From: an uncultured delta proteobacterium
GTDB taxonomy: Bacteria; Desulfobacterota; BSN033; UBA1163
Assembly (NCBI GenBank): GCA_963708295.1
Contig: CAVPSJ010000017.1
Coordinates: 160,001-224,000 of the forward strand
Direction: 5' to 3'
DNA: 64,000 nucleotides
A program made the position numbers and the translations under genes. The notes beneath the pieces are model-generated. The model did no database searches. It was not told the origin of the DNA and was given only the letters and a program-made list of their open reading frames with translations. This document shows positions 58,571 to 64,000 of this stretch, one piece after another (the stretch's first letter is position 1; every line of letters begins with the position of its first letter).

Positions 58571-59096
58571 AAAGAAAGTCAAGGTCATCAAGATCGATCT
58601 TGATAAATGCAACGGTTGCCGGGCATGTGAGGTAGCCTGCTCAGCATTTCACGCCAAACCGAAATATAGCAGCAATAATCCGGCGAGGTCTCGGATTCGG
58701 CTGATTCGGGATCCCATAAGAGACGTCTATCTTCCTGTATACGCGGGTGAATATGCGAAAGCCGAATGTGCTGGCAGAGACAAATATGTCATTGACGGAA
58801 AGGAATACAGCGAGTGCGACTTCTGCAGGGCTTCCTGCCCATCCCGGGACGTTTTCAAAGAACCCGATTCCGGTCTCCCTCTCAAATGCGATATGTGTGA
58901 AGACGATCCCCCGCAAGAGAAGCCCTTGTGTGTTCAGTGGTGCTTGAATGATGCCCTGACGTACGAAGAAAGGGAAGAGGAAGTAGAAGAAGAGGTGAAG
59001 CTGGAGGACGTGGAGGTAGGGATGGAATCCATGGTAGACAAATATGGAATGCAGAAGGTAATGGATACCGTCGCCCGAATGGCAAAAAAAGAATAA
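58557..59096 (+). CDS. bamC: Class II benzoyl-CoA reductase Fe-S subunit
   Basis: CNGCRACEVAC, CDFCRASCP, KCDMC..CVQWC; overlaps the bamB stop. Confidence 0.93.
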   Translation: MAKIKKKVKVIKIDLDKCNGCRACEVACSAFHAKPKYSSNNPARSRIRLIRDPIRDVYLPVYAGEYAKAECAGRDKYVIDGKEYSECDFCRASCPSRDVFKEPDSGLPLKCDMCEDDPPQEKPLCVQWCLNDALTYEEREEEVEEEVKLEDVEVGMESMVDKYGMQKVMDTVARMAKKE

Positions 59097-59176
59097 GAGA
59101 TTTCCGAAAAAAACCAGAAATATCTGATGACAGCGATTATGGAACGATTACACCGAAATAACGCCTGCCTTCCCTG

Positions 59177-59253
59177 TAACTCCCCCGCCCCCTCTTATTC
59201 TAAGAGGGGATCATTTGATTCCCCCCTTAAATTAAGGGGGGTTAGGGGGGTTA
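59177..59253. repeat. REP-like nested palindrome
   Basis: CCCCTCTTA..TAAGAGGGG and CCCCCCTTAA-a-TTAAGGGGGG inside TAAC..GTTA ends. Confidence 0.75.
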
Positions 59254-59360
59254 TATTGGGAGGCGAGGTGGGGTTAATCATCGTAGAAAAGCTGTGGAAG
59301 AAAAATCGACGTAATCGTTTTCTAGAATCTCTGTAATCACGAAAAGGATTGAAAAAGACA

Positions 59361-60518
59361 ATGGAGACTGTACCTTTAGCGCCCTTCAAAGTGGTCATCG
59401 ATGGCATCAAAGAGTCAGGGGGAGACGCCGATAAATTGTGCTATCAATGCGGAAAGTGCGATACGGCGTGCCCTTGGAATCGTGTCAGAAAATTTTTTGT
59501 TCGCAAAATCATCAATCAGGCAAAATTCGGCGTGGTTCCTTTCGAATCCGAAGACCTGTGGCTATGTGCCACCTGCGGTAACTGTGTTCAAAGGTGCCCC
59601 CGAGGCGTGGAAATCATCGACGTGATGAGGGCTGTGCGAAGGCTGTTGGTGCCGGACGGTGTCGTTCCCGCGAGCATCCCCAACCTTCGGAGTGTCATGA
59701 CCAGCTACGCCAGTGTCGGCAATCCCTGGGGACAAGACCCGAAGGACCGGGCAAATTGGGCGAAAGACCTGGAGGTAAAGGAGTTCGGCGAGGATATTGA
59801 GCTGCTCTATTTCCCCTGCTGCTATCCCAGCTATGATCCAAGATTAAGGAAGGTATCTCAAGCCACAGCCAATCTCCTTAACAGGGCAGGGGTAAATTTT
59901 GGGATCCTGGGTTCCAAGGAGATGTGCTGTGGGGAGAGTATACGCAAAGCGGGCAATGAGACATTATTCAAACGCTTGGCCAGGGAAAACATCAAGACTT
60001 TTATCGAAGCCGGGGTGAAGAAAATCCTTGTTTCATCCCCTCACTGCTTCCACACCTTCAAGAACGAGTATCCCGAATTCAAGGTGAACTTCGAAGTGGT
60101 CCATGTCACCCAATATTTATTCGAGCTGATTCGCGAGGGAAGACTTAAACCCACCAAGGAATACGGGAAGAGAGTGACTTATCATGACCCGTGTTATCTC
60201 GGTCGGCATAATGGCATCTATGACGAACCCCGAGAGGTCTTGAAGAAGATACCCGGTCTGGAACTGAAGGAGATGGCGGATGCGCGGGAAGATAGCCTCT
60301 GTTGCGGAATGGGGGGAGGCAGGGTCTGGATGGAAACGGCAAAGGGTGAAAGATTCTCCGATCTCAGACTGGAACAGGCGATCGGCGTCGGGGCTGAAGT
60401 GCTGGCAACTTCCTGCCCGTATTGCATCAGCCAATTCGAGGATAGCAGGTTAACCCTGAAGGACAGTGAGGTCTTACAGATTAAGGACATCACGGAGATT
60501 CTCCAGGAAGTGATATAA
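59361..60518 (+). CDS. bamD: HdrD-like (Fe-S + CCG domain) BCR subunit
   Basis: CYQCGKC..CP, CATCGNC..CP, CCG motifs, YHDPCYLGR; operon position. Confidence 0.9.
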   Translation: METVPLAPFKVVIDGIKESGGDADKLCYQCGKCDTACPWNRVRKFFVRKIINQAKFGVVPFESEDLWLCATCGNCVQRCPRGVEIIDVMRAVRRLLVPDGVVPASIPNLRSVMTSYASVGNPWGQDPKDRANWAKDLEVKEFGEDIELLYFPCCYPSYDPRLRKVSQATANLLNRAGVNFGILGSKEMCCGESIRKAGNETLFKRLARENIKTFIEAGVKKILVSSPHCFHTFKNEYPEFKVNFEVVHVTQYLFELIREGRLKPTKEYGKRVTYHDPCYLGRHNGIYDEPREVLKKIPGLELKEMADAREDSLCCGMGGGRVWMETAKGERFSDLRLEQAIGVGAEVLATSCPYCISQFEDSRLTLKDSEVLQIKDITEILQEVI

Positions 60519-60519
60519 C

Positions 60520-60641
60520 AGGCTGCTGAAAAACGCCCATCCGCGGCGTTGCCCTTATCCTTCATCGTTGCGGCGTACGCAAAGTACGCCTCACTCTTCT
60601 GGATTTCGGGCGCCTTGCATCTGGGCATTTTTGAGCAGCCT
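60520..60641. mobile_element. MITE-like element, copy 2
   Basis: Same terminal inverted repeats and internal sequence as 6673-6795. Confidence 0.8.
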
Positions 60642-60702
60642 TCGGAAAATGATTTTTTCAGCAAGCGGTTAGGTATTGAGCAACCGAATGAGGTGATAGA
60701 AA

Positions 60703-63700
60703 GTGGAAAATGAACTAGAAAAAATTGAAGACCAGATTCGTAAAAGTCTCGCAGACAGTATTCGCAAAAGTTTCGCAGGCAGCAATTTTGGGGATGTGAT
60801 GGTTGTCGGTGGAGGGGTCAGCGGTGTTCAAGCCTCTCTTGATCTTGCCGCTGCGGGTTTCAAGGTTTACCTGGTCGACAAGGCGCCTGCCATTGGCGGC
60901 CATATGGCCCAGCTGGACAAGACCTTTCCGACCAATGACTGCTCCATCTGAATACTCGCGCCCAAACTGGTCGAGGTCGGCCGGCATCCAAACATAGAGG
61001 TCCTGACGTATACTGAAGTGGATCGTGTCGCAGGGGAAGCGGGAGACTTTAAGGTCACCCTGATTAAAAAGCCCCGATATATTTTAGAGGACAAATGCAC
61101 GGGTTGTACAACTTGCGTCGAATACTGCCCGGTCAAATACCCTGATCGATTCAATCAGGAAATATCGAAGAATAAAGCCATCCATATCTACTTCGCTCAG
61201 GCCATTCCCTTGATCACGTATATCGATGAAAGCTGTATTTACCTGAAAGAGAAGAAATGTCGTATTTGCGAAGGCGTCTGTAAGAATCAGGCCATCGACT
61301 TCAATCAAACGGCGGAGAAGGCAGAAATCAATGTCGGGGCGATCATTCTGTCTCCCGGCCTGGAGGCATTTGATCCCAAGGTGAGGGCTGAATATCGCTA
61401 CGGAAAGTTTGAGAACGTGGTCACCAGTATGGACTATGAACGGCTGATGTGTGCCACCGGGCCATACGAAGGTGAGATCCTGCGTGCTTCCGACAAAAAG
61501 CACCCCCATAAAATAGCCTGGATTCAATGCGTCGGTTCCAGACAGGTGATTCCCGGCGGGAACAGTTATTGTTCATCGGTCTGCTGCACGTATACCCAGA
61601 AACAGGTCATTCTGACAAAGGAACATAACGCAGAGGCAGAGTGTACGATCTTCCATAACGATATTCGTTCCTACGGGAAGGATTTTGAGCGATTCTACCA
61701 AAGAACAGAGAAACTTCCCGGGGTTCGGTTTATCCGGAGCTACACCTCCATCGTCAAAGAGGACCCCAAAAGCAAGAATGTTACCATAAAGTATTCACTT
61801 CCCGAGGATGGAGTCAAAGAGGAAGAATTCGATATGGTGGTATTATCCGTTGGATTGAATCCTCCTGCCGAGGTGAAGGACCTTGCAAAAACGTTCGGCA
61901 TCGAACTCAATCATCACGATTACTGTAAAGTCAATCCTGTGAATCCGATGGAGACTACCCGGCCCGGGATCTTTGTCAGCGGAGCCTTCCAGGGTCCGAT
62001 CGATATTCCCGAGTCGGTTTTTACCGCCAGCGGAGCAGGTTCCCAATGTGCTCAACTCCTGGACTACCGGCGAGGAAAGCTGGCCAAGAAAAGGATCTAT
62101 CCGCCGGAGAGGGATGTCTCCAAAGAGGAGCCCAGGATAGGCGTCTTTGTGTGCCACTGCGGGGCGAATATCGGAAGGATCGTCAATGTTCCTTCCGCAG
62201 TTGAATATGCCAAAACCTTACCCAATGTGGTCTACGCTCAGGAACAGCTCTTTTCATGTGCTACGAATTGTGCCAAAGAAATAACAGACATGACAAAGGA
62301 AAAAGGGCTCAATCGGGTCATCGTCGCTGCCTGCTCCCCCAGGACACTTGAACCGTTATTCCGGGACACGGTTCGGGAAGCGGGACTGAATCAATATTAC
62401 TACGACATGGCCAATATTAGAGAACAGTGCTCCTGGGTCCACTCTAAAGAAAAGGAAGAAGCCACACAGAAGGCAAATGATATCATCCGGATGTCGGTGG
62501 CACGCGCTTGCCTTTTGGAGCCATTACAGGAAATTGATCTGCCTGTCAACAAGGCGGCGTTAGTGGTCGGTGGAGGTATCGCCGGCATGACGTGTGCTCT
62601 CTCCATCGCGAACCAGGGACATGAGGTTTACCTGGTGGAAAAGGAAAAAGACTTGGGGGGAACAGCAAGAAGAATCCACACCACTCTGGAAGGGCTGGAT
62701 GTTCAGGCCTATTTGCGTGATCTTGTGCGCAAGGTGAATCAGAACCCCTCCATCCATGTCTATACGGATGCAACCATCACGGGGGCTGCAGGTTATGTGG
62801 GGAATTTCGTAACCACGGTGAAGTCAGACAGAGGGGTCACAGAGATAAAACATGGCGCAGCCGTCATCGCTGTGGGTGCGGATGTGTATAAACCTGCCGA
62901 ATACCTTTACGGAGAAGACGACAGGGTCATGACCCACCTGGAGTTGGAAGAGCAGATCAACAAAGGAGACGAAAAGGTCGTTAACGCAGAAAGTCTCGTG
63001 ATGATCCAGTGCGTCGGCTGCAGAAATGAAGACAGAAATTACTGCAGCAGGATATGTTGTTACGAGTCGATCAAGAACGCATTGAAACTGAAAGAGATAA
63101 ACCCCAAGATGGATATCTACATTCTCTTCCGGGATATGAGAACGTACGGGTTTAGCGAGGATTATTACAGGGAAGCGTCAGATAAAGAGGTGAAGTTTAT
63201 CCGCTATGAACCGCAGGACAAACCAGAGGTGAAGGCGGGTGAGTCGGAGGACGGTCGGCCCGTTCTAAAGGTTACCTTGCCAGATTATATTTTAGGCATG
63301 AAGCTCGAAATCGATGCCGATATCATCTCTTTGGCTGCTGCCGTTATTCCCTCGGAGGGAAGCAAGGAAGTATCCCAGTTATTCAAGGTCCCTCTGGGCA
63401 CGGATGGTTTCTTCCAGGAAGCCCATGTCAAATTAAGACCGGTTGAGTTTGCCGCGGATGGCGTTTATCTTTGTGGGATAGCTCATTATCCCAAGCTTAT
63501 ATCGGAAGCGATTGAGCAGGCTTATGGAGCCGCAGGCCGGGTCTTAACGCTTCTCTCGCATGATACCGTTGTCGCCTCCGGCTCTGTTTGCGAGGTGGAT
63601 GAGAAAAAGTGTATCGGGTGCGGGCAGTGTATTTCCGTCTGTACGTACGGTGCCATCGAGTTCCGTGAGACACGACAGGGCAAAAAGGCGGTCGTCAATC

Positions 63701-63822
63701 CTGTTCTCTGTAAAGGAGATGGTCTCTGTAACGCGAAGTGTCCCACAGGGGCGATCCGGCTCAAGCACTTTACCGACGAAGAGCTGCTCGCCCAAATTGA
63801 CGCGGCAGGGGAAGGCGACTAA
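60703..63822 (+). CDS. bamE: HdrA-like BCR subunit with in-frame UGA (probable selenocysteine) at 60949-60951
   Basis: ORFs 60703-60951 and 61018-63822 share a frame; [30 protein letters not shown] matches the HdrA CxxC motif; two FAD modules. Confidence 0.92.
60967..60984 (+). promoter_or_regulatory. Putative bacterial SECIS hairpin
   Basis: CTGGTCG-AGGT-CGGCCGG starting 15 nt after the UGA; G in the apical loop. Confidence 0.65.
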
Positions 63823-63824
63823 GA

Positions 63825-63916
63825 AAGGTTGAGGTTAAGGTTCAGGGTTAGAACTTCTCAACCTTAGCCTTAACCTGGACCTACTGGCTAAACTGGCGTC
63901 TTCACCCTAGCCTTTA
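63825..63916. repeat. Inverted 6-mer arrays (AGGTTR / ACCTT-like)
   Basis: aaggttgaggttaaggttcagggtt ... tcaaccttagccttaacctggacct. Confidence 0.7.
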
Positions 63917-63954
63917 CCGATGAACTTATTTTCTAACAAAGGAGGTGAGAAAGC

Positions 63955-64000
63955 ATGAGTACGGGACTTAAATTTAAACCAAGAATATTAGGCTTCGTAT
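63955..64000 (+). CDS. bamF: Start of an MvhD-like BCR subunit (truncated by the window)
   Basis: AAGGAGGTG Shine-Dalgarno; MSTGLKFKPRILGFV, typical MvhD-like N-terminus; follows bamE. Confidence 0.75.
   Translation, partial: MSTGLKFKPRILGFV

Noticed and set aside
59127-59410. Small ORFs between bamC and bamD (and the antisense ORF 60218-60664)
   Set aside because: Translations of REP/MITE sequence.

Overview
Chromosomal window from a strictly anaerobic bacterium, most consistent with Desulfobacterota/Deltaproteobacteria (inferred from gene content). 1-21.3 kb is core: partial purB, map, cysM, comEC, rpsU-yqeY-mutS2-dnaG-rpoD, tRNA-Ile2, RNase P RNA, an NtrY-like kinase, smpB and tmRNA. 21.3-37 kb, just after tmRNA, is accessory: a tripartite tricarboxylate transporter with tandem tctC genes, an SdhA/NadB-like flavoprotein, a frameshifted FrhB-like gene, iorAB, small ORFs and remnants. 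37-55 kb is mixed: DEAD helicase, typA, a BrnT toxin-antitoxin pair, Fur + CbiMQO, dusB, prmA, rsmE. 55.7-64 kb holds a tungsten class II benzoyl-CoA reductase operon (bamBCDE, start of bamF) with an in-frame UGA/SECIS in bamE. Most notable: (i) a ~445-bp non-coding, densely base-paired element upstream of rpsU with ~20-bp terminal inverted repeats, a flanking 9-bp direct repeat and a Shine-Dalgarno-led two-codon minigene; (ii) smpB overlaps the tmRNA 5' end, so tmRNA maturation should leave a non-stop smpB mRNA; (iii) 27-bp direct repeats and a DUF2080-GNAT pair ahead of bamB; (iv) many unrelated families of inverted short-repeat arrays, REP and MITE elements, plus a hairpin cassette in-frame in dnaG. 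All assignments are by eye; no searches were run.
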